This document shows positions 1 to 8,094 of a stretch of 64,000 nt of DNA, piece after piece. The position numbers were made by a program, and so were the translations under genes. The notes beneath the pieces are model-generated. The model was given only the letters and a program-made list of their open reading frames with translations, did no database searches and had not been told where the DNA came from. Every line of letters begins with the position of its first letter. Position 1 is the stretch's first letter. The stretch comes from Candidatus Colwellbacteria bacterium (GTDB taxonomy: Bacteria > Patescibacteriota > Minisyncoccia > UBA6257 > Colwellbacteraceae): NCBI GenBank assembly GCA_016176525.1, contig JACOWZ010000003.1, positions 256,001-320,000 of the forward strand. The letters are read 5' to 3'.

Positions 1-321
1 CTTAAATACAGCTGGGTGTTTTTGGGCTATCTCGGCGAGAGTTTTGCGGTTAAGTTTAACGCTCTGTTTTTTTAGCGCTGCGGCAAACTTTGAATAAGTT
101 GTGCCTTCTTTGCGCGCAGCAGCGTTAATTTCTGCTTGCCATAACGTGCGGAAGTCTCTTTTTTTAACTTTACGCCCGCGAAAAGCGTGGGACCAGGCGT
201 GTAAAAGCGCTTCTTTTGCGGCGCGCTCATGGGTTTTGCGCCTCCATTTGTACCCCTTTGTGTATTTTAATATTTTTCCTCTTTTCCGGGTTGCTACAAC
301 CCCGCGTTTAACTCTTGGCAT
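1..321 (-). CDS. rplT: 50S ribosomal protein L20 (3' end runs off window)
   Basis: Manual translation from ATG at 321: MPRVKRGVVATRKRGKILKYTKGYKWRRKTHERAAKEALLHAWSHAFRGRKVKKRDFRTLWQAEINAAA; follows rpmI as in infC-rpmI-rplT. Confidence 0.97.
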   Translation of the reverse strand, partial: MPRVKRGVVATRKRGKILKYTKGYKWRRKTHERAAKEALLHAWSHAFRGRKVKKRDFRTLWQAEINAAARKEGTTYSKFAAALKKQSVKLNRKTLAEIAQKHPAVFK

Positions 322-334
322 TTGTTATTTGTTT

Positions 335-544
335 CTAGTTGCCTCTTTGTTGGCCTTTTAAAAATACTCGCATATTTTTATGGTCGGATTCAGACATTTT
401 TATGGATCCTCTCTTGTCGCGGATTTGTTTGCCGCTTTTTGAGGCCCTAAAGTGGCCTTGCGCCATCTTGCGGCGTAGGATTTTGCCTGTTTTTGTTATC
501 CTTATTCTCTTTGATACGCTCTTTCTGGTTTTCATTTTCATCAT
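335..544 (-). CDS. rpmI: 50S ribosomal protein L35 (start may be 535)
   Basis: MKTRKSVSKRIRITKTGKILRR..GHFRASKS signature; operon position. Confidence 0.95.
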   Translation of the reverse strand: MMKMKTRKSVSKRIRITKTGKILRRKMAQGHFRASKSGKQIRDKRGSIKMSESDHKNMRVFLKGQQRGN

Positions 545-1073
545 GTTTTGGTTTTATACTTGTATCAATCTGTGTTACAAGCGCCCTGCCCTCAAAATGC
601 ACATCTTGTATAAGTTTATATTCAAAAGGTATAAGAGTTAAAAATTCATCCATTTTTTGGCGGGCCCAGTCTTTCATATAGTTTTCTCTGCCTCGGAGGC
701 GCATATGCACCTCTACCCTGTGGCCGTCTTCCAAAAAGCTTTTAAGGCGCTCTATCTTCATTAAAAGGTCGTTTTTCGCTTCCCGCGGGCTTATTTGCAC
801 CCGCTTCATCTCCGGCGCTTTTTGAGCAAGCCTTTGTTTCTTAGCTTCCTTCTCTTTTAAATATCTAAACTTATCAAAACTTATAACGCGTGCAACGGGT
901 GGCACCACCAACGGTGCGATTAGCACCAAATCCAACCCTTTTTCTTTAGCAAGACTCCTGGCTTTAGCAAGTGTGAGCACCCCCAGATTTTGCCCGTCAT
1001 CGCCTATAACCCGAAGCTTTTCCGCGGTTATCTCCTCGTTCTTTTTTACGTTTAAGTTTTGGATAGGTTGAAT
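447..1073 (-). CDS. infC: Translation initiation factor IF-3, non-canonical start (ATT 1073 or ATC 1064)
   Basis: Frame stays open upstream of the ORF-track start and gives NEEITAEKLRVIGDDGQNLGV..GLDLVLIAP..PPVARVI; no ATG in this upstream stretch; in-frame TAA just upstream of the ATT. Confidence 0.93.
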   Translation of the reverse strand: MQPIQNLNVKKNEEITAEKLRVIGDDGQNLGVLTLAKARSLAKEKGLDLVLIAPLVVPPVARVISFDKFRYLKEKEAKKQRLAQKAPEMKRVQISPREAKNDLLMKIERLKSFLEDGHRVEVHMRLRGRENYMKDWARQKMDEFLTLIPFEYKLIQDVHFEGRALVTQIDTSIKPKHDENENQKERIKENKDNKNRQNPTPQDGARPL

Positions 1074-1116
1074 ATTATATTAACTATATAAATAGTGCAA
1101 GCCCAGAAAGTTAAAG

Positions 1117-1149
1117 GCCGCTGGAGTGGGGAGGCCCTACTCCAGCGGC
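1117..1149 (-). terminator. GC-rich hairpin, probable intrinsic terminator of the minus-strand orphan transcript
   Basis: GCCGCTGGAGT / ACTCCAGCGGC 11-bp stem followed by CTTTAACTTT on the minus strand. Confidence 0.65.
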
Positions 1150-1414
1150 TGATTGTTAGTCGCGGTATGCGACCTTGGTTAGGACGGCGTTCACCTCCTT
1201 CGTCCTCTCTTGGTGGTTACATTCCCTCTTGTGGGATGTACCTTGCGTTCATCGTGTGGCGTGGTCTGATCTACTCGCGAGGTTCAAACCAAAGCCTTGC
1301 ACGTCTTCTGTGCGGCGTTCGACGGCGCGAACTTTTCCACCTTCATAACTGTGTTTCACACCTCCTCCTAACCCGAAAGGTACTCGCCAGACCTTTTAAG
1401 GTTTGGTATTAAAT

Positions 1415-1442
1415 AGAATAGTTAATTGTTGAGAAAAGTCAA
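1415..1442 (-). promoter_or_regulatory. sigma70-like promoter pointing into 1410-1110
   Basis: Minus strand TTGACT-N16-TATTCT. Confidence 0.55.
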
Positions 1443-1487
1443 TTTAAACAGATTGAACCCGGATAATGGGTTATACTTACAAGAATA

Positions 1488-1934
1488 ATGGCAGAACTAG
1501 TTAAAAACAAAAAGGTTTTTTTTGATTATTTTGTAGTAGCTTCATATGAAGCCGGCATTGAGCTGCGCGGGCACGAAGTAAAATCCGTAAAAAAGGGACA
1601 AATCAGTTTGCAGGGCAGTTACGTTATTGTGAGAGGCAATGAGGCATTTCTTCTGAATTCAGACATTCCACCATACCAACCCCTTAATGTGCCGGATGGC
1701 TACGACCCAAAGCGAACACGTAGGCTGCTCCTGAAAAAAGAAGAATTAAAAGAGTTAATCGGCAAAAGCAAAGAGGCGCGCTTGACAATAGTACCTTTGA
1801 GTGTTTATACTAAAGGTAAGAAACAGCTTATAAAAGTTTCTGTCGGCCTCGTTCGCTCCAAGCGCAAACACGATAAGCGTGAAGTAATAAAAAAGCGCGA
1901 AACCGAGCGGGAAATCCGGCGTTCAATTAAGTGA
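1488..1934 (+). CDS. smpB: SsrA-binding protein SmpB
   Basis: NKK..FDY..EAGIELRGHEVKS, DPKRTRRLLL, KRKHDKRE motifs; adjacent tmRNA. Confidence 0.98.
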   Translation: MAELVKNKKVFFDYFVVASYEAGIELRGHEVKSVKKGQISLQGSYVIVRGNEAFLLNSDIPPYQPLNVPDGYDPKRTRRLLLKKEELKELIGKSKEARLTIVPLSVYTKGKKQLIKVSVGLVRSKRKHDKREVIKKRETEREIRRSIK

Positions 1935-2260
1935 GGGAGTGCAAGTATCGACGAATGTACATTTCTATAGTTTGCAAGCCGAGAAGATTCTCTCGTAAAA
2001 CAGATCAAAAATATAACTGCTAAACAAAATTTAGCTTTCGCTCCTAGAGTTCCAGCTTTTGCTGTAGCCTAGCCGAGCGCATCAGCCCGTGAGTCTCCAT
2101 AGCGGACAACTGGTGTAATAATTGGAGAGTAGTTTTTCGGAAATGTTCTGCGGCCGATAAACGAAACAAAGTGGAACAAAACTGTTACATTAGTAACTAA
2201 GCTTGTAGATAATTATGGACTTTACTTTCGGACGGGGGTTCAATCCTCCCACTTCCACCA
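1935..2260 (+). ncRNA. ssrA: tmRNA; tag frame 2019-2072 encodes (A)AKQNLAFAPRVPAFAVA*
   Basis: 5' GGGAGTG pairs with 3' CACTTCC-ACCA with a G3.U wobble; T-arm GGGGGTTCAATCCTCC; ATAACT before GCT resume codon; Ala-rich tag end. Confidence 0.95.
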
Positions 2261-2262
2261 AT

Positions 2263-2290
2263 AAAATATGCCACCCGGTTGGCATATTTT
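2263..2290 (+). terminator. Hairpin/terminator after tmRNA
   Basis: AAAATATGCCA-cccggt-TGGCATATTTT inverted repeat. Confidence 0.6.
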
Positions 2291-2309
2291 CTGTTATACT
2301 TATCTTGTT

Positions 2310-2897
2310 ATGCCAAAAAGGGTTAAAAGTAATAATAAAAAATACAACAAAGTTGCGGATTTTCTTTTTGAGGTTGGCATGCTCTCTAAAACCCCGCGCA
2401 GTTTTAGCCCGTTTTTGGGCGGCGGCGAGCAGTCTGTAGCAGACCATCTTAATCGCACGTCTTACACTGCAATGTGCCTCGGCTACATGACTCACGGGGT
2501 AGACATTGATAAAATTGTAAAAATGGCACTTTTTCACGACTTAACAGAAGCGCGTATTTCGGACCTAAACCACGTTCACCAAAGATATGCTGCAAGAGAC
2601 GAGCATAAAGCTCTAACAGATTTAGCTCGCGAGATTCCTTTCGGCGAAGAGATTAAAAAAATAATTCTTGAATATGAAAAACGCCAAACAAAAGAGGCGA
2701 AAATTGTAAAAGATGCAGACATCTTGGATTTTTTAATCACCCTAAAAGAAGTTGGAGACACAGGCAATATTCGCGCCAAAAACTGGGCACCTAAACTGCA
2801 AAGCAGGCTAAAAACAAAAGAGGCAAAGATGCTTGCAAAAGCGGTTTTGCGTTCCAAGTCTGACAGTTGGTGGTTTACTGCATCTAATAAGAAATAA
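2310..2897 (+). CDS. HD-domain hydrolase (YfbR/HD_3-like 5'-deoxynucleotidase family)
   Basis: QSVADH..MALFHDLTEARISD..VKDADILD motifs; ATG 2310 preferred because 2268 lies in the terminator and TGTTATACT precedes 2310. Confidence 0.85.
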   Translation: MPKRVKSNNKKYNKVADFLFEVGMLSKTPRSFSPFLGGGEQSVADHLNRTSYTAMCLGYMTHGVDIDKIVKMALFHDLTEARISDLNHVHQRYAARDEHKALTDLAREIPFGEEIKKIILEYEKRQTKEAKIVKDADILDFLITLKEVGDTGNIRAKNWAPKLQSRLKTKEAKMLAKAVLRSKSDSWWFTASNKK

Positions 2898-4591
2898 TGC
2901 TTTCTGCAAAAATAAAAGAGTTTTTGTCCGAAAGTTTCCCGGGGCTTGATGTGCAGGTGTCACAGCCAGACAACTACTTGCATGGGCACTATGCTACAAA
3001 TCTTGCTTTTGCGCTTGGCGCAAAAGAGAAAATTTCTCCAATGGAGGCGGCGAAGAAGATAAAAGAAACCGCCGTAGAGGTTGCGCCTTGGGGTTTGTTG
3101 GAAAAAGTTGAAGTTGCGCCTCCCGGCTTTGTAAATTTTTTTGTTAGCGTATCTGCAATTCAAAACGAGCTTTCAATCATATCAAGAAATAAAAACTGGG
3201 GTGCGCCTCAGCCGGATGTGTTAAAATCCCGCAAAGGCAAAACTGCAATAATTGAATATTCTTCGCCTAATATTGCAAAGCCGATGCATATTGGCCATCT
3301 GCGTTCAACTATTATCGGCGATGCGCTTGCCAACATCTACCTATTCTCGGGCTACAAAGTTATTAGATGGAATTATATTGGTGATTGGGGCACCCAGTTT
3401 GGCAAGCTTATTGCCGCTTACAAAATGTGGGGTGATAAAAAGGCGGTTTTAAAAGACCCTATAAAAGAGCTTGTAAAACTTTATGTCCGTTTCCACCAAG
3501 AGTTAGAGAAAAACCCCGAGCTTGAAGAAAAAGGCCGCGAAGAGTTTAAAAAATTAGAAGATGGAGAGAAAGTTAATAAAAAACTTTGGGCTTGGTTTCG
3601 CAAAGAATCGCTAAAAGAGTTCGAAAAAATCTATCGCATACTCGGCATTAAGTTTAATGTCTCTAAAGGCGAATCTTATTACGAAGGCAAGCTCGGCAAT
3701 TTAGTAGAAGAGCTCTTAAAAAGAGGCATTGCAAGGCCAAGTATGGGCGGGGTGATAGTTGAAACCGGCCAAAAAGTGCCGGCACTTATTCAAAAATCAG
3801 ACGGTGCGAGCTTGTATCTTACAAGAGAACTTGCGAACTTACAGTACCGCGCCAAAAAATATAAACCCGCAAGGATTTTATATGTTGTTGGCAGCGAACA
3901 GTCGTTTCATTTTGAACAGCTTTTTATAATCGGCAAAATTTTGGGGGTTAACGGAACGAGACTTTTCCATATTGGCCATGGTCTGGTGTTGGGTGAGGAC
4001 AATAAAAAACTTTCAACGCGCGAAGGTAAAACAGTAGAGCTTAACGATGTTTTAATGGAGAGTATCTCCCGCGCTGGAGAGACCCTAAACACTAGGCAAA
4101 TGGGTTTAAAACCAAAAGAGAAAGTAAAAATAGCACAAGCTGTAGGGGTGGGCGCAATAAAATATAACGATTTGAGTATGGGGCGAGAGAGCGATATAAA
4201 ATTTGATTGGGACAAGATGCTGGATTTTCAAGGTAACTCCGGCCCATATATACAATATACTTACGCGCGGTTAAAGAGTATTTTGCGCAAAGCGCCCGCA
4301 CGTAAGTTTGATTCTAAGGCGTTATCCAATGAGGCAGACTTAGAGCTGGTTTTGATTTTGGATTCATATCCCATGGCAGTTGAGGAGGCGTTTACTGCAA
4401 ACTCACCGCAAAAAATTGCGAGCTATATCTACGAGCTTTCAAAAGCTGTAAACGGCTTTTATCAGTCAAACCCGGTTTTGCAGTCTGAACGCGGGGTTCG
4501 CGAGGCTCGCTTAGCGCTGATTTCCGCATGCGCAAGCACCCTAAAGAGGGGTATGGAGCTCTTAGGCATTACCCCTTTAGAGAGAATGTAG
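2897..4591 (+). CDS. argS: Arginyl-tRNA synthetase
   Basis: EYSSPNIAKPMHIGHLRS, GDWGTQFG, KLSTREG, C-terminal LLGITPLERM. Confidence 0.98.
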   Translation: MLSAKIKEFLSESFPGLDVQVSQPDNYLHGHYATNLAFALGAKEKISPMEAAKKIKETAVEVAPWGLLEKVEVAPPGFVNFFVSVSAIQNELSIISRNKNWGAPQPDVLKSRKGKTAIIEYSSPNIAKPMHIGHLRSTIIGDALANIYLFSGYKVIRWNYIGDWGTQFGKLIAAYKMWGDKKAVLKDPIKELVKLYVRFHQELEKNPELEEKGREEFKKLEDGEKVNKKLWAWFRKESLKEFEKIYRILGIKFNVSKGESYYEGKLGNLVEELLKRGIARPSMGGVIVETGQKVPALIQKSDGASLYLTRELANLQYRAKKYKPARILYVVGSEQSFHFEQLFIIGKILGVNGTRLFHIGHGLVLGEDNKKLSTREGKTVELNDVLMESISRAGETLNTRQMGLKPKEKVKIAQAVGVGAIKYNDLSMGRESDIKFDWDKMLDFQGNSGPYIQYTYARLKSILRKAPARKFDSKALSNEADLELVLILDSYPMAVEEAFTANSPQKIASYIYELSKAVNGFYQSNPVLQSERGVREARLALISACASTLKRGMELLGITPLERM

Positions 4592-4650
4592 ATATCCACA
4601 GAAATTAGCCATCTTGAAGCTAATTCGTTAATATAGGATTCTAAGTCTGT

Positions 4651-7600
4651 ATGCTTAAAATCATTAAAGAATTCAAACTTCCAGAACTTGAGGAAAAGAT
4701 TTTGGAATTTTGGAAGAAAAACACTATTTTCCAGAGGTCTTTGTCTGAAAAAGCCGGCAAAGAGCCATTTACTTTTTACGAGGGTCCGCCTACCGCAAAT
4801 GGGCGGCCGGGGTTGCACCATATCTTGGCGCGCAGTTTTAAAGATGTTATATGCCGCTATAAAACAATGCGCGGATATTTTGTGCCCCGCCGCGCCGGGT
4901 GGGATACACATGGTCTTCCTGTAGAAATTGAGGTTGAAAAGTCGCTTGGCTTAAAGTCGAAGAAAGATATAGAAAAATATGGCATAGCGGAGTTCAATAA
5001 GAAATGTAAAGAGTCTGTTTGGGAATACAAAGACGAGTGGGACAAGATGACGGATCGCATGGGCTATTGGCTGGATTTAGAAAATCCCTATATAACCTAC
5101 ACACCTGGCTATATAGAAGCGTTATGGGGAATTTTTGCAAAAGCTTGGAATAAGAAACTGCTCTACAAAGGGCACAAGGTTGTGCCATGGTGCACGCGCT
5201 GCGGCACAGGCCTTTCGTCGCACGAAGTCTCCCAAGGCTACAGCGAGTCTACAGACACTGCGGTTTATGTAAAATTTAAATTAAAAAAGGGCCAAAAAAT
5301 AGGTGCGAAGTTTAAAACAGACGACTCCACTTATATTCTTTCTTGGACTACAACTCCGTGGACATTGCCTGGCAACGTTGCCCTTGCTGTTGGGCCACAA
5401 ATAAAATACGCCATATTTAAGAAGAAATCCGGATCTGTAGAAGAACGCTATATTGTTGCGAAGAAAGTTGTGGGTTCGGATCCGCTAAATAATTTAGGAG
5501 ATTTAGAGTTGGAAATAAGCGGTAAAAGCTTAGTTGGGCTAAAATACGAGCCGCTTTGGAATATAAGCCCGCTTCAAACCCCGGCTGCGTATAAAGTTTA
5601 CCCGGCAGATTTTGTAACAACCGAAGACGGCACGGGTGTTGTGCATACCGCCGTAATGTACGGTGAAGATGATTATAAATTAGGAGAGAAATTAAACTTG
5701 CCAATGCACCACACTGTTGATGAATCCGGCGAGTTTACTGGAGATGTTGCCGGGTTTAAGGGTATGTATGTTAAGTCTAATGAAGCTGAGAAAAAACTTC
5801 TGGAATATCTAAATAAAAAAGATTTATTATTCCAAAAAGAATCATACACGCATGAATATCCGTTTTGCTGGCGTTGTAAAACCCCTCTTTTATATTATGC
5901 AAGGCCCAGCTGGTTTATATCAATGTCTAAGTTGCAAGAAAAGCTAGTTAGAGAAAACCGCAAAATCAATTGGATTCCGGAGCATGTAAAAACGGGTCGG
6001 TTTGGTGAGTGGCTGAAGGATGTTAGGGATTGGGCGGTTTCGCGCGAGAGATATTGGGCAACGCCATTGCCAGTTTGGCAGTGCAGTAGAGGCCATACAA
6101 AAGTTGTAGGGTCGCTAGATGAATTACAAAAGTTAGTTGTGCCAAATAATAATTACTTTTTATTGCGGCACGGCGAAGCAGAGCACAATTTAGATGGCAT
6201 TATTGCCTCCGGTCCCGAGTCTAAAAACCGAGCGCCGGAGTTGACTGAAAATGGCAAGAACCAGATAAAAGTTGCAGGGCAAGAGCTTGTAAAACACAAA
6301 ATTGATTTAATATTCACTTCTCCTTATAAGCGGTGCTTGCAAACTGCAAAGATTGTCGCCAAACCCAAAAAAATCCAAATTACTAAAGATGCGCGCCTTA
6401 GCGAATTGAACGCTGGGATATTCAATTGGAAGACAATAAGCGAGTACAAAAATTTTTTTGATAACCCGATGGATAGGTTTAAACGTGCTCCATCTGGCGG
6501 AGAGACTTTGCGCGAACTACGCCGGCGCATGTTTGAATTCTTAGAAGAAATTGACAGCAAATATTCCGGCAAAAATATACTTATTGTAAGCCATGGCGAC
6601 CCGCTGTGGATGCTGGAACTCGCCGTAAAAAGAACCGATGAAGAAGATGCAAAGAAAGACTTGCAATATTTGGAGCCCGGCAAATGGAAGGAGCTTGAGT
6701 TTAAGAATATTTCTTACAACTCGGAGGGCGAGCTGGATTTGCACAGGCCTTATATAGATAAGGTTGTAATAAAGTGCGGGACATGCAAAAAACCTGCCCG
6801 CGCAGGCGGGGACATGCGCCGCGTGCCGGAGGTAGTGGACGCCTGGTTTGACTCCGGCGCAATGCCTTTTGCTGCAGGCGGGTTGGAATACCCTGCGGAC
6901 TATATTTGCGAGGGTATGGACCAAACGCGCGGGTGGTTTTACACCCTACTTGCAGTTGCTTCAGTTTTAGGCAAGGAGCGGCCTTATAAAAACGTTATTA
7001 CGCTTGGGCTTATTCACGATAAGCTTGGGCAAAAGATGTCTAAGTCGCGCGGCAACACAGTTGATCCGTGGGAGATGATGGGCAAATACGGCGCAGACGT
7101 TGTGCGCTGGTATTTCTACACCGTAAATCCGCCAGGTGAGGCTAAAAATTTTGACGAAAACGACCTAGCAAAAGTCTTTAGGAGATTTTTCGGCACGCTC
7201 TATAACTCTTATGTTTTCTACGACACCTTTAGAGAGAAGTTGGAGGCGGGCCCGCTTCATGTAAAAAATATTTTAGATAGGTGGATTGTCGCGCGCCTTA
7301 ATGAAACGACAAAAATTGTTACGGAAAATATGGATTCTTACAATATAATAACCGCAACGCGCGAGATAGAAAATTTAGTTGACGATTTATCGCGGTGGTA
7401 TATAAGGCGCAGCCGCGGGAGGAGCGATATGGTAAAAACTTTGGGTTATATGTTGCGCGAAATATCAAAACTTACGGCACCGTTCACGCCATTTTTCTCC
7501 GAAGCTCTCTACAAATCGCTTGAAATGAGCAAAAACCTCTCTGTGCATTTAGAAGATTACCCGGAGATGCAGAAAGATTATCTGGAAAAAGATTTAATAA

Positions 7601-8091
7601 CTGCAATGCGCGAGGTAAGGCGAATCTCAACCCTAGCTCTTTCAAAAAGGGCCGAGGTTGGCATAAAAGTGCGCCAGCCGCTTTCAACATTAACCATTAA
7701 AGAAACTAAAGTGCCACTTGCAGGCGATCTGTTAGACCTTATTAAAGAAGAAGTTAATGTAAAAGAGGTTATTATAAGCCCTAAGCTAAAAGATGAGCTT
7801 GAGTTAGATGTTGTGATCTCGCCCGCCCTAAAAGAAGAAGGTTTGGCGCGCGAATCTATTAGAATTATTCAAACTTTAAGGCAAAAACTTCAGATGAAGC
7901 CTGTAGAAAAAATAGAAGTAAATATCCATGCGCCACAGGGTATAACTGAAGCCATAAAAAAACACGAACGAATTTTGCGCCAGACTGTTGGCGCCTCGGC
8001 TGTAAATTATCGCCAATCCGAAAAGTTTGACGCAGAAGAAACCGCAGAGCTTGACTCACAAGAGGCACAAATAAGCATAAGAAAACTATAA
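4651..8091 (+). CDS. ileS: Isoleucyl-tRNA synthetase (type 2) with inserted histidine-phosphatase domain
   Basis: FYEGPPTANG, GWDTHGLPVE, WTTTPWTLPGN, DWAVSRERYW, DQTRGWF, KMSKS, IKVRQPL; insert contains LLRHGE and IVSHGD. Confidence 0.96.
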   Translation: MLKIIKEFKLPELEEKILEFWKKNTIFQRSLSEKAGKEPFTFYEGPPTANGRPGLHHILARSFKDVICRYKTMRGYFVPRRAGWDTHGLPVEIEVEKSLGLKSKKDIEKYGIAEFNKKCKESVWEYKDEWDKMTDRMGYWLDLENPYITYTPGYIEALWGIFAKAWNKKLLYKGHKVVPWCTRCGTGLSSHEVSQGYSESTDTAVYVKFKLKKGQKIGAKFKTDDSTYILSWTTTPWTLPGNVALAVGPQIKYAIFKKKSGSVEERYIVAKKVVGSDPLNNLGDLELEISGKSLVGLKYEPLWNISPLQTPAAYKVYPADFVTTEDGTGVVHTAVMYGEDDYKLGEKLNLPMHHTVDESGEFTGDVAGFKGMYVKSNEAEKKLLEYLNKKDLLFQKESYTHEYPFCWRCKTPLLYYARPSWFISMSKLQEKLVRENRKINWIPEHVKTGRFGEWLKDVRDWAVSRERYWATPLPVWQCSRGHTKVVGSLDELQKLVVPNNNYFLLRHGEAEHNLDGIIASGPESKNRAPELTENGKNQIKVAGQELVKHKIDLIFTSPYKRCLQTAKIVAKPKKIQITKDARLSELNAGIFNWKTISEYKNFFDNPMDRFKRAPSGGETLRELRRRMFEFLEEIDSKYSGKNILIVSHGDPLWMLELAVKRTDEEDAKKDLQYLEPGKWKELEFKNISYNSEGELDLHRPYIDKVVIKCGTCKKPARAGGDMRRVPEVVDAWFDSGAMPFAAGGLEYPADYICEGMDQTRGWFYTLLAVASVLGKERPYKNVITLGLIHDKLGQKMSKSRGNTVDPWEMMGKYGADVVRWYFYTVNPPGEAKNFDENDLAKVFRRFFGTLYNSYVFYDTFREKLEAGPLHVKNILDRWIVARLNETTKIVTENMDSYNIITATREIENLVDDLSRWYIRRSRGRSDMVKTLGYMLREISKLTAPFTPFFSEALYKSLEMSKNLSVHLEDYPEMQKDYLEKDLITAMREVRRISTLALSKRAEVGIKVRQPLSTLTIKETKVPLAGDLLDLIKEEVNVKEVIISPKLKDELELDVVISPALKEEGLARESIRIIQTLRQKLQMKPVEKIEVNIHAPQGITEAIKKHERILRQTVGASAVNYRQSEKFDAEETAELDSQEAQISIRKL

Positions 8092-8094
8092 ACA

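Noticed and set aside
1249-1251. Genome-wide UGA recoding (code 25)
   Set aside because: TGA is the normal stop of conserved genes here (smpB, gpmI, gap) and long genes have no internal TGA
1110-1410. L20 ribosomal leader, RNase P, SRP or 6S RNA
   Set aside because: No diagnostic motifs seen by eye, and infC appears to have its own promoter after the hairpin; an Rfam scan is needed to exclude these formally
1095-1412. 105-aa plus-strand ORF
   Set aside because: Promoter, SD and terminator signals all point to the minus strand; no recognisable protein features
4592-4600. DnaA-box-like ATATCCACA
   Set aside because: Single mismatched copy; no cluster and no dnaA nearby
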